Assembly: GCA_965220965.1 (NCBI GenBank)
Contig: OZ244852.1
Coordinates: forward strand, 384,001 to 448,000
From: Candidatus Marinacidobacterium sp.
Lineage (GTDB): Bacteria > Acidobacteriota > Vicinamibacteria > Marinacidobacterales > Marinacidobacteraceae
Direction of reading: 5' to 3'
DNA length: 64,000 bases
Every line of letters starts with the position of its first letter. The first letter of the stretch is position 1. Shown here one piece after another: positions 47,185 through 57,665 of the stretch. The notes beneath the pieces are model-generated. The model was not told the DNA's origin, ran no database searches, and saw nothing but the letters and a program-made list of their open reading frames with translations. Made by a program: the position numbers and the translations under genes.

Positions 47185-48933
47185 TTGCCGGTCCAGGGCG
47201 AGACTTCGGGCCTGAAGGCCCGTGACCGGCGGGTTCTCGAGAAGCTCGGAACCCGTCGGCTGCCTCCGGCCGCGCTCGTCACCCCCGAGTTCGCGCGTCA
47301 GCTCGCCGCGATCTCGCGGACCATCCGGCGGCAGGTCGGCGTTCTGGTGGACCGCAAGGGGGCCGTCACCTGGGTCGGCGTCGGCGACGCCCACCGGATC
47401 GAGCTCCCCGACCTGAAGCGGCAGCGCGTCGCCGGCGGTCGCCTTCGCGGACTGCGCTGCGTTCATACGCACCTGGGCGGGGAACCGCTGACCCGCGACG
47501 ACCTGGCGGACCTCGCGCTTCTCCGTCTCGACCTGATGGCGGCGCTCGAGGTGCGGGAGGACGGGTTTCCCGGCGTCGTTCACGCCGCCCACCTGACGGC
47601 GCCGGGCCCTTCGGGGCGGGAAGACGACGGGGAGGAGGCGCCGTGGCGACTCCTCGACCCGGCGCCCCCCTGGGAACTGGAGCTCGACTGCGCGGCGCTC
47701 ATCGCCGACCTCGAACGCGCGTTCGCGCGAATTGCTCCGGAGCGCCCTCCCGGCCGCCGGTTTTCCGGACGGGCGATTCTGGTGGGCGCCGGCGAGCGGC
47801 GGGACGGCGACGTCCGCCTCGAGGACGCGGTGCGGGAACTTGGCGAGCTGGCCCGCGACGCGGGACTCGTCGTCGTGGACTCGGTCCTTCAGCGGCGCGC
47901 CCGTCTCGACCCCCGGACGCTGCTGGGGAAAGGCAAGCTCGAGGCGCTGGTGATCCGGGCTCTCGACCGGGGCGCCGACGTGATCCTCTTCTCCTGCGAT
48001 CTGACGCCCTCGCAGGCGCGGAACCTCGCGCGGGCGACCGATCTGAAGGTGCTCGACCGCAGCCAGCTCATCCTGGATGTCTTCGCCCGCCGCGCCACCA
48101 GCCGCGAGGGAAAGCTCCAGGTCGAGCTGGCCCAACTGCGCTATCGACTTCCCAGGCTGGTCCAGCGGGACACCTCGCTGTCCCGCCTTGGGGGCGGGAT
48201 CGGTGGCCGGGGTCCCGGCGAGACCCGGCTCGAAGTGGACCGGCGGCGCGCCCGCCGGCGGATCGGTCGGCTCCAGCGGGATCTCGAGGGGATCGCGGCC
48301 CACCGCGCGTTGCGTCGGCGCCGCCGGGATTCCCGCGGACTGCCGGTGGTGTCGCTGGTCGGGTACACGAACGCGGGGAAGTCCACGTTGCTCAATCGGC
48401 TCACCCGCAGCGAGGTGGCCGCGGGGAACCGGATGTTCGAGACGCTGGATCCGGCGAACCGCCGCCTCCGGGTCCCTGTGGAGCGCGAGGTTCTGCTGGC
48501 GGACACCGTGGGGTTCATTCACGACCTGCCGCCCGATCTGATCGAGGCCTTCCGGGCGACGTTCGAGGAGATCTCCGCCTCCTCCCTGCTGCTTCAGGTG
48601 CTCGACGCGAGCGACGCCCGGATGCGGACCCGCTCGGCGGCGGTGGAGGCGCTCCTGCGCGAGCTCGGCTTCGCGGATATCCCGCGGCTCGTCCTCCTGA
48701 ACAAGGTGGACCTTCTCGACCGGGCGGCTCGCGCCGACCTCCCCCGCCGGGTCGCCGGCGCCGAAGCGCTGGCGATTTCCGCCGGGACCGGCGAGGGCCT
48801 TGGCCAGCTCCTCGAAGCCATCGCGCGCCTCATCCCGATGCGGTCGCCCCAGCGAGGCAAGGCGCCGGCCTGGCTCCCCGTCGGGCCCCTTTCCGAAGCG
48901 GGCGACGACGCGCCCTCCGTCACGGAGATCTGA
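47185..48933 (+). CDS. hflX: GTPase HflX, long form
   Basis: GKGKL, DR..LILD.F, GKLQVELAQL.Y, GPGE..LE.DRR, GYTNAGKS, DTVGF, NKVD. Confidence 0.96.
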   Translation: MPVQGETSGLKARDRRVLEKLGTRRLPPAALVTPEFARQLAAISRTIRRQVGVLVDRKGAVTWVGVGDAHRIELPDLKRQRVAGGRLRGLRCVHTHLGGEPLTRDDLADLALLRLDLMAALEVREDGFPGVVHAAHLTAPGPSGREDDGEEAPWRLLDPAPPWELELDCAALIADLERAFARIAPERPPGRRFSGRAILVGAGERRDGDVRLEDAVRELGELARDAGLVVVDSVLQRRARLDPRTLLGKGKLEALVIRALDRGADVILFSCDLTPSQARNLARATDLKVLDRSQLILDVFARRATSREGKLQVELAQLRYRLPRLVQRDTSLSRLGGGIGGRGPGETRLEVDRRRARRRIGRLQRDLEGIAAHRALRRRRRDSRGLPVVSLVGYTNAGKSTLLNRLTRSEVAAGNRMFETLDPANRRLRVPVEREVLLADTVGFIHDLPPDLIEAFRATFEEISASSLLLQVLDASDARMRTRSAAVEALLRELGFADIPRLVLLNKVDLLDRAARADLPRRVAGAEALAISAGTGEGLGQLLEAIARLIPMRSPQRGKAPAWLPVGPLSEAGDDAPSVTEI

Positions 48934-48945
48934 GGCGCGAGGGCG

Positions 48946-49968
48946 TCAGGCTTCGTCGAGGTCGGCGAAGCCGGTCGTGAGGCCGCCCGCCTCGGCGGCA
49001 AGACGCAGGAGGCTCTCGCGCCGGGACGCATCGGCGTCGCCCGAGGCGACCGCCGCCTTGACCCCGCAGCCGGGCTCGGTGTCATGGGCGCATCCGGCGA
49101 AGCGGCAGTCCGACGCGAACCGGGACAGGTCCGGATAGGCGGCGCGGACCCGTTCCGGAGTCAGCCCGTCGATTCCCAGGGCGCGCACCCCGGGGGTGTC
49201 CACGATCTCGCCGCCTCCCGGCAACCGGATCGCCTCGGAGCTGGTGGTGGTGTGCCGTCCGCGGCCCCGCCGGTCCACCGCGCCGCTCCGCCGGCCCGGA
49301 ACGCCGAGCGCGGCGAGCAGCATGGTCTTTCCGACCCCCGAATGCCCGAACAGCACGGAGCGCCCCCGTCCGGCGGCCGTCCGCAGCGCTTCGATCCCGT
49401 CCCCGGTCAGCGTGCTGGTCCGGTACACCTCGAGATCCAGAGCCCGGTACTCCCGGAGGTTCTCGTCGAGCCGCTTCAGGTCTTCCGCCTCCGCGAGGTC
49501 CAGCTTGTTGAAGACGAGCGCGGGCTTCACCTCGGCGTCGTGGGCCACCACCAGCGAGCGATCCACGAATCCGGTCCGGTAGGGCGGCTCGCGGAACGCC
49601 GAGACGATGAAGAACCGGTCGAGGTTCGCGGCGAGCACCCGGAGCTGGCGGCGTTCCGGAGGTCCGACGGCCCGCCGCAGCTCGTTCCGGCGAGGCCGCA
49701 CCGCCACGATGCGCCCCCCGTCGTCGACCCGCTCGATCTCCACTTCGTCGCCCACGACCAGGCGGCCGGCCCGGTCGCGATCCCCGGCGCCGAAGAGCCG
49801 CCCTCCCGGGGAGCAGCGCAGCAGCCGGTCTCCCGATTCCTCCGGGGCGATGCGCACCACGATGTGGCGTCGCGCCAGGCGCACCACGACGCCAACGTTC
49901 GCGGACGCCTGCGCCTGGTCCGACGATCCGCCGGCCCCGGACGCCGGACCGGAGTCGCGCTCGCTCAC
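48946..49968 (-). CDS. rsgA: ribosome small-subunit-dependent GTPase
   Basis: NKLDL, GHSGVGKT, GRHTT, DTPG, C.F..C.H..EPGC. Confidence 0.95.
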   Translation of the reverse strand: MSERDSGPASGAGGSSDQAQASANVGVVVRLARRHIVVRIAPEESGDRLLRCSPGGRLFGAGDRDRAGRLVVGDEVEIERVDDGGRIVAVRPRRNELRRAVGPPERRQLRVLAANLDRFFIVSAFREPPYRTGFVDRSLVVAHDAEVKPALVFNKLDLAEAEDLKRLDENLREYRALDLEVYRTSTLTGDGIEALRTAAGRGRSVLFGHSGVGKTMLLAALGVPGRRSGAVDRRGRGRHTTTSSEAIRLPGGGEIVDTPGVRALGIDGLTPERVRAAYPDLSRFASDCRFAGCAHDTEPGCGVKAAVASGDADASRRESLLRLAAEAGGLTTGFADLDEA

Positions 49969-50029
49969 GTCCTCGCGACGCCGCGTCGCGGCCCGGGACG
50001 CGTTGCCCCGGGCGACTCCGACCGGGCGC

Positions 50030-53029
50030 TCAGTCCTGGGCGAGCGCCCGGGCGGCCGCCTCGAGACGCTCGCGAAGCGCCGCGAAGCGGCGCTGGTGTG
50101 CCGGAGTCGGCGGATGGAGCGTCCCCTGGCGAACCTGGTCGCCGGTGAACTCGCCGTAGAGGCGGGCCAGCCGGGAGAGCGCCGAGGGATTGCGGAAGCC
50201 TCCGCCGCCGCGCAGATCGCGCAGAGCCTCGGCCAGCTCGCTGCTCAGGCCGTCCGGATTGCCGGCTGCGGCGGCCGCCCGGCACGCGGCGCCGATCGCC
50301 CCGCGGACCTCGACGAGGAAGGCCGAGCGCTCGGCGTACTGCTCCGGCGTCACGCCGGCGTTGGGGGCCAGCCGGACCTCGAGCTGCACGCTCAGGGTCG
50401 GCTCGCCTTCCTCCGCCGCTTCCGCCGATCCGTCCACCAGCCGAACCTCGTAAGAGCCCGCGGCGACCCGCGGGGCCGGAAGCGAACAGACGCCGCGGGC
50501 CTCGCGGCTTCCACCCTCCAGCGCCGAGGAGCGAAGGTCCCACACGATCCGCTGGAACCCGGGTCGGGGCTCGACCTCGGGGCGGGCCACGACCGCGCCG
50601 TCCTCGTTGCGGATCTCGAGCGCAGGAGACTCCAGCGCCCCGTCCGGCAGGAAGACCGTGAGCAGCGCGCCGTTCGGGGGGTTCTCCCCCGCGAAGCGGG
50701 CCTGCCCCTCGTAGCTCTCGTCCTTCCAGGGAAGGAAGACGTAGGCGGCGCGGGGAAAGAAGAGCTCGGGCGTCGTCGCGCCCGGGCGGTGGCGGGCGAG
50801 CGGAGCGCTGTCGTCGAGGATGTAGATCGAGCGTCCGTGGGTTCCGAACACCAGGTCGCGTTCCCTGGGGTGGACCTCGATGTCATCCACCGGAACGTGC
50901 GGAAGCCCTCCGCCGACCCGCATCCAGGCGCGGCCGCGGTTGAAGCTCCAGAAGGCGCCGACCTCCGTGCCGGCGACCAGGAAGTCCTCGCCCTCGGGGT
51001 GCTCGACGATGTCGTTCACCCAGCCGGGCGGAAGCTGCCGACCGATCCGCTGGAAGGAGACCCCCCGGTCGTCGGAGACGAACAGCAGCGGCGAGAAGTC
51101 ACCGAGCTGGTGGCGATCCAGCGCCACGTAGACCCGGTCCTCGTCGTGCGCCGAGGGGGTCACCCGGGAGACGGTGGCCCGCCGGGTGTCCACCGGAAGG
51201 CCTCCCTCGATGAACTCCCAGGTCTCGCCGCCGTCGTTCGAGACCGAGAGGCGCCCGTCGTCCGTCCCCACGTAGAGCAGACCGGCGACCAGCGGCGATT
51301 CGGCGAGGGTGGTGATGGCGCCCCAGTCGCTGACGCCGTCATGCATCGAGAGCATCCCCTCGGCGGGGAGGACTCCCAGGATCGGAATCTCGCTCCGGTC
51401 TTCCTGGCGGGTCAGATCCGTGGTGGCGCGCCAGTCGCTCCCCAGGTCGTCCGAGATGAACAGCCGGTTTCCCCCGAAGTAGACGCGGTTCTCGACGTGC
51501 GGGGAGAGCGCCACCGGCGACAGCCAGTGAAAGCGGTAGCGGTCTTCGTCTTCCGCCGGGAAGGGGCGGATCGGCGTGCGGTTGCCGGTGGCGGTGTCGA
51601 AGCGGACCAGGTTGCCGTTCTGCGACGCCACGAGCGCCACGCCCGGATCGTGCGGCGTCGCCTCCTGGTCCAGCCCGTCGCCGAAATTGGTCTGCTTCCA
51701 GTCGTCGTTCAGGATCCCCGCCTGGCGGTAGGTGGCCGACGGCCCGACCCAGGAGTGGGTGTCCTGGGCGCCTCCGTAGATGTTGTAGGGGAACTCGTTG
51801 TCCAGCGAGATGGCGTAGAACTGGGTCAGCGGCAGGTTGTTCATCTTCCGCCAGTTCAGCCCCCGGTCCCACGACTCGTATACGCCTCCGTCGTTCCCGA
51901 GGAGCAGGTGGTCTCCCAGCTCCGGGTCGATCCACAGCGCGTGGTGATCCCCGTGGACGCCGATGTCGTAGGTCGGCGTCATGCTGCGGTTCACCCGGAA
52001 GGTGCTCCCCTCGTCGTCCGACATGTGGAGCTGGGCGCCCAGCACGTAGACCTGCCGGATGTCGCCCGGGTCCACCTCGATGTGCGAGTAGTACATCGGG
52101 CGGGGATTCAGGTCCGAGATCCGGGTCCAGGTGGCGCCGCGGTCGCGCGACCGGTAGAGGCCCGACTCGGTGGCGTGCTCGACCAGCGCGAACACGTTGA
52201 GCGGATCGGACTCCGCGATCTCGAGGCCGATGCGGCCGATCGAACCGCCCGGAAGCCCGTTCTCGAGGCGCTCCCAGGTCGTCCCGCCATCCTGGCTGCG
52301 GTAGATGCCCGACTCCGGCCCGCCGCCGTTGAAGCCCCACGGCTGGCGCCGCCGGGTGTACGCCCCGGCGTAGAGGATCGAGGGGTTCCTCGGGTCCATC
52401 TCGAGATCCACCACCCCGGTGTCGTCCGAGATCTCGAGGACCGCCTCCCAGGTCCGCCCTCCGTCTTCGGTCCGGAACACCCCGCGCTCGCCGCCGCTCC
52501 GCCAGAGCGGTCCGAGCGCCGCCACGAACGCCCGCAGCGGGCGTTCCGGATCCACCACGATGCGCCCGATGTGGTGGCTGTCGGCGAGTCCGGCGTGTCG
52601 GAACGAGTCGCCGCCATCGAAGGAGACATGGACGCCGTTGCCGAACGCCGAACTCTGGCGGTTCGTCGGCTCCCCGGTCCCCACCCAGAGGATCGCCGGA
52701 TCCGACGGCGCCAGCGCGATGGCCCCGATCGAGGTCACGCCGTGGGTGTCGAAGATCGAGTCCCAGGTGACGCCGTTGTTCCGGGTGCGGAAGAGCCCGC
52801 CGGAGGCGGTGGCCACGTAGAACTCGTGGGGTCGCCCGGGGACGACGGCGAGTTCCGTGACCCGACCCGCCATCACGGCGGGCCCGATGGCGCGAAGCGG
52901 GAACTCGTCCATCACCGGAAGCGTCGAGCCCCCCGTCTGGCCCGCCGCCGGGACGGCGAACAGCGCCGCCAGCGCGAACGCCCCGGCGAGTCGCCATCCG
53001 GCGCGGTGAACCCTGTTCTGGTGGATCAT
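50030..53029 (-). CDS. second BNR/Asp-box (VPS10-like) glycosyl hydrolase-like protein
   Basis: Signal peptide, R.IGPA.MAGRV, S.D.G.TW repeats, RPMYYS, HGDHHALWIDP, GTHGRS. Confidence 0.9.
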   Translation of the reverse strand: MIHQNRVHRAGWRLAGAFALAALFAVPAAGQTGGSTLPVMDEFPLRAIGPAVMAGRVTELAVVPGRPHEFYVATASGGLFRTRNNGVTWDSIFDTHGVTSIGAIALAPSDPAILWVGTGEPTNRQSSAFGNGVHVSFDGGDSFRHAGLADSHHIGRIVVDPERPLRAFVAALGPLWRSGGERGVFRTEDGGRTWEAVLEISDDTGVVDLEMDPRNPSILYAGAYTRRRQPWGFNGGGPESGIYRSQDGGTTWERLENGLPGGSIGRIGLEIAESDPLNVFALVEHATESGLYRSRDRGATWTRISDLNPRPMYYSHIEVDPGDIRQVYVLGAQLHMSDDEGSTFRVNRSMTPTYDIGVHGDHHALWIDPELGDHLLLGNDGGVYESWDRGLNWRKMNNLPLTQFYAISLDNEFPYNIYGGAQDTHSWVGPSATYRQAGILNDDWKQTNFGDGLDQEATPHDPGVALVASQNGNLVRFDTATGNRTPIRPFPAEDEDRYRFHWLSPVALSPHVENRVYFGGNRLFISDDLGSDWRATTDLTRQEDRSEIPILGVLPAEGMLSMHDGVSDWGAITTLAESPLVAGLLYVGTDDGRLSVSNDGGETWEFIEGGLPVDTRRATVSRVTPSAHDEDRVYVALDRHQLGDFSPLLFVSDDRGVSFQRIGRQLPPGWVNDIVEHPEGEDFLVAGTEVGAFWSFNRGRAWMRVGGGLPHVPVDDIEVHPRERDLVFGTHGRSIYILDDSAPLARHRPGATTPELFFPRAAYVFLPWKDESYEGQARFAGENPPNGALLTVFLPDGALESPALEIRNEDGAVVARPEVEPRPGFQRIVWDLRSSALEGGSREARGVCSLPAPRVAAGSYEVRLVDGSAEAAEEGEPTLSVQLEVRLAPNAGVTPEQYAERSAFLVEVRGAIGAACRAAAAAGNPDGLSSELAEALRDLRGGGGFRNPSALSRLARLYGEFTGDQVRQGTLHPPTPAHQRRFAALRERLEAAARALAQD

Positions 53030-53109
53030 GGGTGGTCTCCTGTTGGGCGCCCTGCGGTTCGTCCGGAACCCGGCGGGGATCCCGTCGCCGGGCGCGCCGG
53101 ACTCGCTCA

Positions 53110-54153
53110 TTATCCGATGCGGACCCGGCGGAGGACGCGGGCGAGGCCCTGGCGGGTCAGCCCCAGGTCCCGGGCCGCCCGGGCGCGGTTTCCGGCGGCG
53201 CGCTCCAGCGCCCGAAGCACCAGGAGGCGCTCGAATGCGAGCCGGGCGACGCCCAGCCGGCGCAGGGCGAGAAGGCGTGCGAGCTGCGGAGGGTCGGCGC
53301 CCGCGCCGGGTTGCTGAGGCCGCACGAGGATCCGGTCGAAGTCCCGGGCTTCGAGTTGCGCGGCCCCGGGACGGCGGAGGAGCGCGGCGGCGAGCGTCGA
53401 TTCGAGTTCGCGCACGTTCCCCGGCCAGTCGTGTGAAATGAGCCTCTCGAGCGCGCCGGCGTCGATCCCGGGCCGAGCCACCCGGTGCCGGCGGGCGAGA
53501 CGCTCCAGAAGCGTCGTGGCGAGGACGGGAATCTCCTCCGGCCGCTCCCGGAGCGGAGGCAGCGACAGCCGGATGACCTGAAGGCGATAGAGCAGGTCGG
53601 GACGAAAGGCGCCGGCGGCCGCGAGCTCCGCGAGCGGGCGCTGGGTGGCGGCGATCAGCCGGAAGTCGGACCGTCGGGTGCGCGTCTCCCCCACCCGCCG
53701 GAACTCGCGTTCCTGGATCGCCCGCAGCAGCAGGGTCTGGCCCCGGGCGGAGAGTTCGCCCACCTCGTCGAGGAACAGCGTTCCGCTCCCGGCGGCCTCG
53801 AGCAGGCCGCGGCGGTCGGTCCGGGCGTCGGTGAACGCGCCCCGCGCGTGGCCGAACAGCTCGGCTTCCAGCAGGCTCTCGGGCAGCGCCGCCGAGTTGA
53901 CCGCGACGAGCGGCCTGTCCCGCCGCCGGCTGTGGCGGTGGACGAAGCGGGCCAGGAGTTCCTTGCCGGCCCCGGTCTCCCCCTCGATCAGAACCGGGAC
54001 GTCGAACCGGGCGATCCGCGCCGCCTCGGCGAGCAGCCGCTTCGTGGGTTCCGACGCGGCCACGAACTCCGGCGCGCTCACCGGTTCGTTCCCGGGGGCC
54101 TCGAGTCGACCGGAGGAACCGGCCGGGGCGTCCTGGACCGTTTTAGCGCTCAC
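53110..54153 (-). CDS. sigma54-dependent enhancer-binding protein lacking a sensory domain
   Basis: GETGAGKE, ELFGH.RGAFTDA, LFLDEV, FR.DL.YRL, WPGNVREL, Fis-type HTH. Confidence 0.92.
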   Translation of the reverse strand: MSAKTVQDAPAGSSGRLEAPGNEPVSAPEFVAASEPTKRLLAEAARIARFDVPVLIEGETGAGKELLARFVHRHSRRRDRPLVAVNSAALPESLLEAELFGHARGAFTDARTDRRGLLEAAGSGTLFLDEVGELSARGQTLLLRAIQEREFRRVGETRTRRSDFRLIAATQRPLAELAAAGAFRPDLLYRLQVIRLSLPPLRERPEEIPVLATTLLERLARRHRVARPGIDAGALERLISHDWPGNVRELESTLAAALLRRPGAAQLEARDFDRILVRPQQPGAGADPPQLARLLALRRLGVARLAFERLLVLRALERAAGNRARAARDLGLTRQGLARVLRRVRIG

Positions 54154-56623
54154 CGCGCGCGGCGCGGGGGGATGGCGCGCCCGGCGCAGCCTCGCCGGTT
54201 CCGCGGACGACGGCGCCCAGGCTGGCCCGGACCCGCTTCAGGATGCCGCGCCGGATCTTGACGAGATCCTTCTCCCCGAGCGTCCGGTTCGGCGCCTGGT
54301 AGCGGACGGCGACCCCGAGCGAACGGGCGCCGGGCGCCGCTCCCGCTTCGCCGTCGAGCGCGTAGTCGTCGAAGACGCGCGCTTCCACCACCAGCGGATG
54401 GTTCGCGACTTCGCGGACGAGGTCGGCGGCGAGGATCCCGGGCCCGACGACGAACGCGAAGTCCTCGGTGGCGGAGGGATGGCGCGGCAGATCGGCGGCC
54501 GGGACCGGCGCGGTGGTGGCGGGGGCCAGCGAAAGGAGGAGGGTCAGGTCCAGCTCCCACACGAAGGCCTCGAGTTCGAGCCCGAACGCGGCGGCGGTGT
54601 CCGGGTGGGCCTGTCCGGCGAATCCGATCACGCCGCCCGCCGCCTCCACCTCGGCGGCCCGACCGGGGAGCATCCCGAATCGGGTCACCGGGCGGAACCG
54701 CGCCTCCAGCCGGAGACCCTCGAGGATCCGCTCCAGGCCCGCCTTGAGGTCGAAGAAGTCCAGGGCGTCGGTCGTGGGGCTTCCGAACCGGTCGGACCGG
54801 ACGCCGGCGACGAGCGCGACCGCGCGCTCCTCCTCCCGAGGCCGTCCGTCGGGATCGCCGGGCGCCGGCAGGTAGACCCTCCCCACCTCGAACAGCCCGA
54901 CGGACCGCGCGCCCCGGTCGAGGTTCAGCGCGGCGGCGCGGAACACGCCGGGCAGCAGCGACGTGCGCAGCGTGTCCCGGGCGCGGCCCATCGGGTTCTG
55001 GACCGTCAGCGGCGCCGGGTTCGCCAGCTCCGCCTCCGGGAGGACCGCGCCGAGATCCTCCCGGGAAACCAGCGAGTAGGTCTGGACCTCGAAGAGGCCG
55101 GCGTTCGCGGCGAGGTCCCTCACCCGTTCGCGAAGATCGCGCGCTGGAAGCAGGGGGTGGTGGGGGACGGCGCCCTCGAGCGGCGCCGCCGGGAGGTCGT
55201 CGTACCCGGTGATCCGGGCCACTTCCTCGACCAGGTCGTCCGGGACCCGGATGTCGCGGCGCCAGTGCGGAACCTGGACCTGGAGCGCCCCGCCATCGGG
55301 CGTGACGCCGAACCCCAGCCGGCGCAGCGCTCCCTCGGTCGCTTCGGCGGAGACCTCCATGCCCAGCACCTGCGAGACCCGCGCGCGGCGGAGCCGGACA
55401 TGGGTCGGAGTCTCCGGCTCGGGCCAGTAGTCGAGGATCCCGCTGGCGACGCGGCCGCCGGCGAGCTCGGCGAACAGGTTCGAGACCCGGGCCGAAGCGA
55501 GCGGCGCGAGTTGCGGCGGAAGACCCCACGCGAAGCGCCGGGCGGCGTCCGAGAACAGATCCAGCGCGCGCGCGGTGCGGCGCACGTTCGCCGGATGGAA
55601 GTTGGCGACCTCGAGAAGGATGTTCCGCGTCGAATCGGTCACCTCGGTCTCGACGCCGCCCATGACCCCCGCCAGCGCGATCGGTCCCGAGGGGTCGGCG
55701 ATCACCAGACGCTCCGGGTCGAGCTTGCGGAGCTTGCCGTCGAGCGTCGTCAGCGTCTCGCCGACCTCGGCGCGGCGCACCAGGATCCGCCGGTCGCGCA
55801 CCTTGTCGGCGTCGAACGCGTGGACCGGCTGCCCCAGTTCCAGCATCACGTAGTTCGTGATGTCCACCAGATTGCTGATGGGGCGCATGCCGGCCGCGGT
55901 CAGGCGTTCCCGCATCCACGCCGGAGACGGGCCCACCCGGACATCCTCGATGAGGGCCAGGGTGAAGCGGTGACACAGGTCGGGCGCGGCGACGTCGATC
56001 CCGGCGCGCCCGGAAATCTGGGGGCCGTCGCCACGGGCCTCGGTGTCCGGAAGGCGGAGCGGAGCGCCGGTGAGCGCGGCGACCTCGCGCGCCACGCCGA
56101 GGACGGAGAGCGCGTCCGAGCGGTTGGGAGTCAGGTCGAAGACGAAGACCCGGTCTCCCAGAACATCGGCGAGTGGCTCGCCGGGGGCGGGGGATCCCTC
56201 CAGCACGAGGATCCCGGCGTGCTCGGCGGAGAGGCCGAGCTCGGCTTCGGAGCACACCATGCCCGCCGACACGACGTCCCGGATCTTCGATTTCTTGAGC
56301 CGGCGGGGCTGACCGGTGCGCGGGTCGGTGAGGATCGCGCCTTCGCCGGCGAAGGCGATGTGCTGCCCGGCGGCCACGTTCGGCGCTCCGCAGACCACCG
56401 TCTGCGTGGCGCCGCCCCGGTCCACCGTGACGAGGCGCAGCCGGTCCGCATTCGGGTGCGGCTGCACCTCGAGGACGCGGCCGACGACGACACCCTCCCA
56501 TTCCCCGCCGATCCGGTCGATGTCCGTGACCTCGAGTCCGGCGAGGGTCAGGCGGTGCGCCAGCGCCGGGATGTCCTCCGGCAGGGGAACGAAGGTTTCG
56601 AGCCAGCTCAGCGGAACGCGCAT
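54143..56623 (-). CDS. pheT: phenylalanine--tRNA ligase beta subunit
   Basis: HPNADRL, VCGAPN, TPNR.D, DITNYV..E.GQP.HAFD, DLVEEVARI.GY, LRTSLLPG, C-terminal ferredoxin-like anticodon-binding domain. Confidence 0.97.
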   Translation of the reverse strand: MRVPLSWLETFVPLPEDIPALAHRLTLAGLEVTDIDRIGGEWEGVVVGRVLEVQPHPNADRLRLVTVDRGGATQTVVCGAPNVAAGQHIAFAGEGAILTDPRTGQPRRLKKSKIRDVVSAGMVCSEAELGLSAEHAGILVLEGSPAPGEPLADVLGDRVFVFDLTPNRSDALSVLGVAREVAALTGAPLRLPDTEARGDGPQISGRAGIDVAAPDLCHRFTLALIEDVRVGPSPAWMRERLTAAGMRPISNLVDITNYVMLELGQPVHAFDADKVRDRRILVRRAEVGETLTTLDGKLRKLDPERLVIADPSGPIALAGVMGGVETEVTDSTRNILLEVANFHPANVRRTARALDLFSDAARRFAWGLPPQLAPLASARVSNLFAELAGGRVASGILDYWPEPETPTHVRLRRARVSQVLGMEVSAEATEGALRRLGFGVTPDGGALQVQVPHWRRDIRVPDDLVEEVARITGYDDLPAAPLEGAVPHHPLLPARDLRERVRDLAANAGLFEVQTYSLVSREDLGAVLPEAELANPAPLTVQNPMGRARDTLRTSLLPGVFRAAALNLDRGARSVGLFEVGRVYLPAPGDPDGRPREEERAVALVAGVRSDRFGSPTTDALDFFDLKAGLERILEGLRLEARFRPVTRFGMLPGRAAEVEAAGGVIGFAGQAHPDTAAAFGLELEAFVWELDLTLLLSLAPATTAPVPAADLPRHPSATEDFAFVVGPGILAADLVREVANHPLVVEARVFDDYALDGEAGAAPGARSLGVAVRYQAPNRTLGEKDLVKIRRGILKRVRASLGAVVRGTGEAAPGAPSPRAARGER

Positions 56624-56636
56624 TTCGGTTGCCCGA

Positions 56637-57665
56637 TCAGAACTGCCGCAGGAAGCGGAGGTCGTTCTCGTAGAAGCGCCGGATGTCGCGGATGCCGTGG
56701 CGGAGCATGGCGATCCGCTCGACGCCGAGGCCCGCGGCGAAACCGGTGTAGACCTCGGGGTCGTAGCCCATCCGCTGCAGGATCTCCGGGTGGACCATCC
56801 CGGCCCCGAGGACCTCGATCCAGCCGCCGGGGCTGCTCACCGAGACCTCGACGCCAGGCTCGACGAAGGGGAAGTAGTCGCATCGGAAGCGGATCTCCCG
56901 GTCCTCCCCGAAGAGGCGCCGCGCGAACTCGAAGAGGGTCCCCTTGAGGTGGGCGAGGGTCAGACCGCGGTCCACCGCCAGAACTTCGGTCTGGGTGATC
57001 ATCCACTCGTGGGTGGCGTCGGTGGCTTCGTTCCGGTAGGTGCGCCCGGGCGCGATCAGCCGGATCGGCGGATCGTTGGCCTCCATGAACCGGATCTGGT
57101 TCGGCGACGTGTGGGTGCGCAGCAGCAGCGGCCGGGGACGTCGGTCTGCTCCGGGCGGCGGCGGCTCCAGCCAGAAGGTGTCCATCGCGTCGCGGGCCGG
57201 GTGGTCCGCCGGGATCCGGAGGGCCTCGAAGTTGTAGTAGTCCAGCTCGACTTCGGGGCCCTCGATGACGTGGAATCCCATCGAGGCGAAGGCGGCCACT
57301 ACGGCGCGTTCCGTCAGGGTGATCGGATGCAGGCCGCCCTCGGGAAGGGGACGCCCCGGGAGGCTCACGTCGAGCGCGGCGAGGCCCTCGGTGCGGCGGG
57401 TCTTCAGCTCCTCGAGCCGGCCGTGGACCGCATCGGTGAGGGTCTTCTTGGCCTCGTTCAGGGCGCGCCCGGCGGCGGCCCGCTCTTCGGGGGGCAGCTT
57501 GCCGAGGCCGCGCAGCGCGAGGGCCAGCCGCGAGCGGCGCCCCAGCCAGCGGACGCGCCAGGCATCGACGTCCGTGTCGGAAGCGGCGTCGGCGAGTTCG
57601 GCGAGCGCCTCCGGAACCTCGCCTCCGGAGAGAACGGGTTCGGTCGGTGTCTCGGAAGGAGTCAT
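56637..57665 (-). CDS. pheS: phenylalanine--tRNA ligase alpha subunit
   Basis: NFEAL..P.DHPAR...DTF, LRTHTS..Q, FPFVEP, GMVHP, GVERIAM, ENDLRFL. Confidence 0.97.
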   Translation of the reverse strand: MTPSETPTEPVLSGGEVPEALAELADAASDTDVDAWRVRWLGRRSRLALALRGLGKLPPEERAAAGRALNEAKKTLTDAVHGRLEELKTRRTEGLAALDVSLPGRPLPEGGLHPITLTERAVVAAFASMGFHVIEGPEVELDYYNFEALRIPADHPARDAMDTFWLEPPPPGADRRPRPLLLRTHTSPNQIRFMEANDPPIRLIAPGRTYRNEATDATHEWMITQTEVLAVDRGLTLAHLKGTLFEFARRLFGEDREIRFRCDYFPFVEPGVEVSVSSPGGWIEVLGAGMVHPEILQRMGYDPEVYTGFAAGLGVERIAMLRHGIRDIRRFYENDLRFLRQF

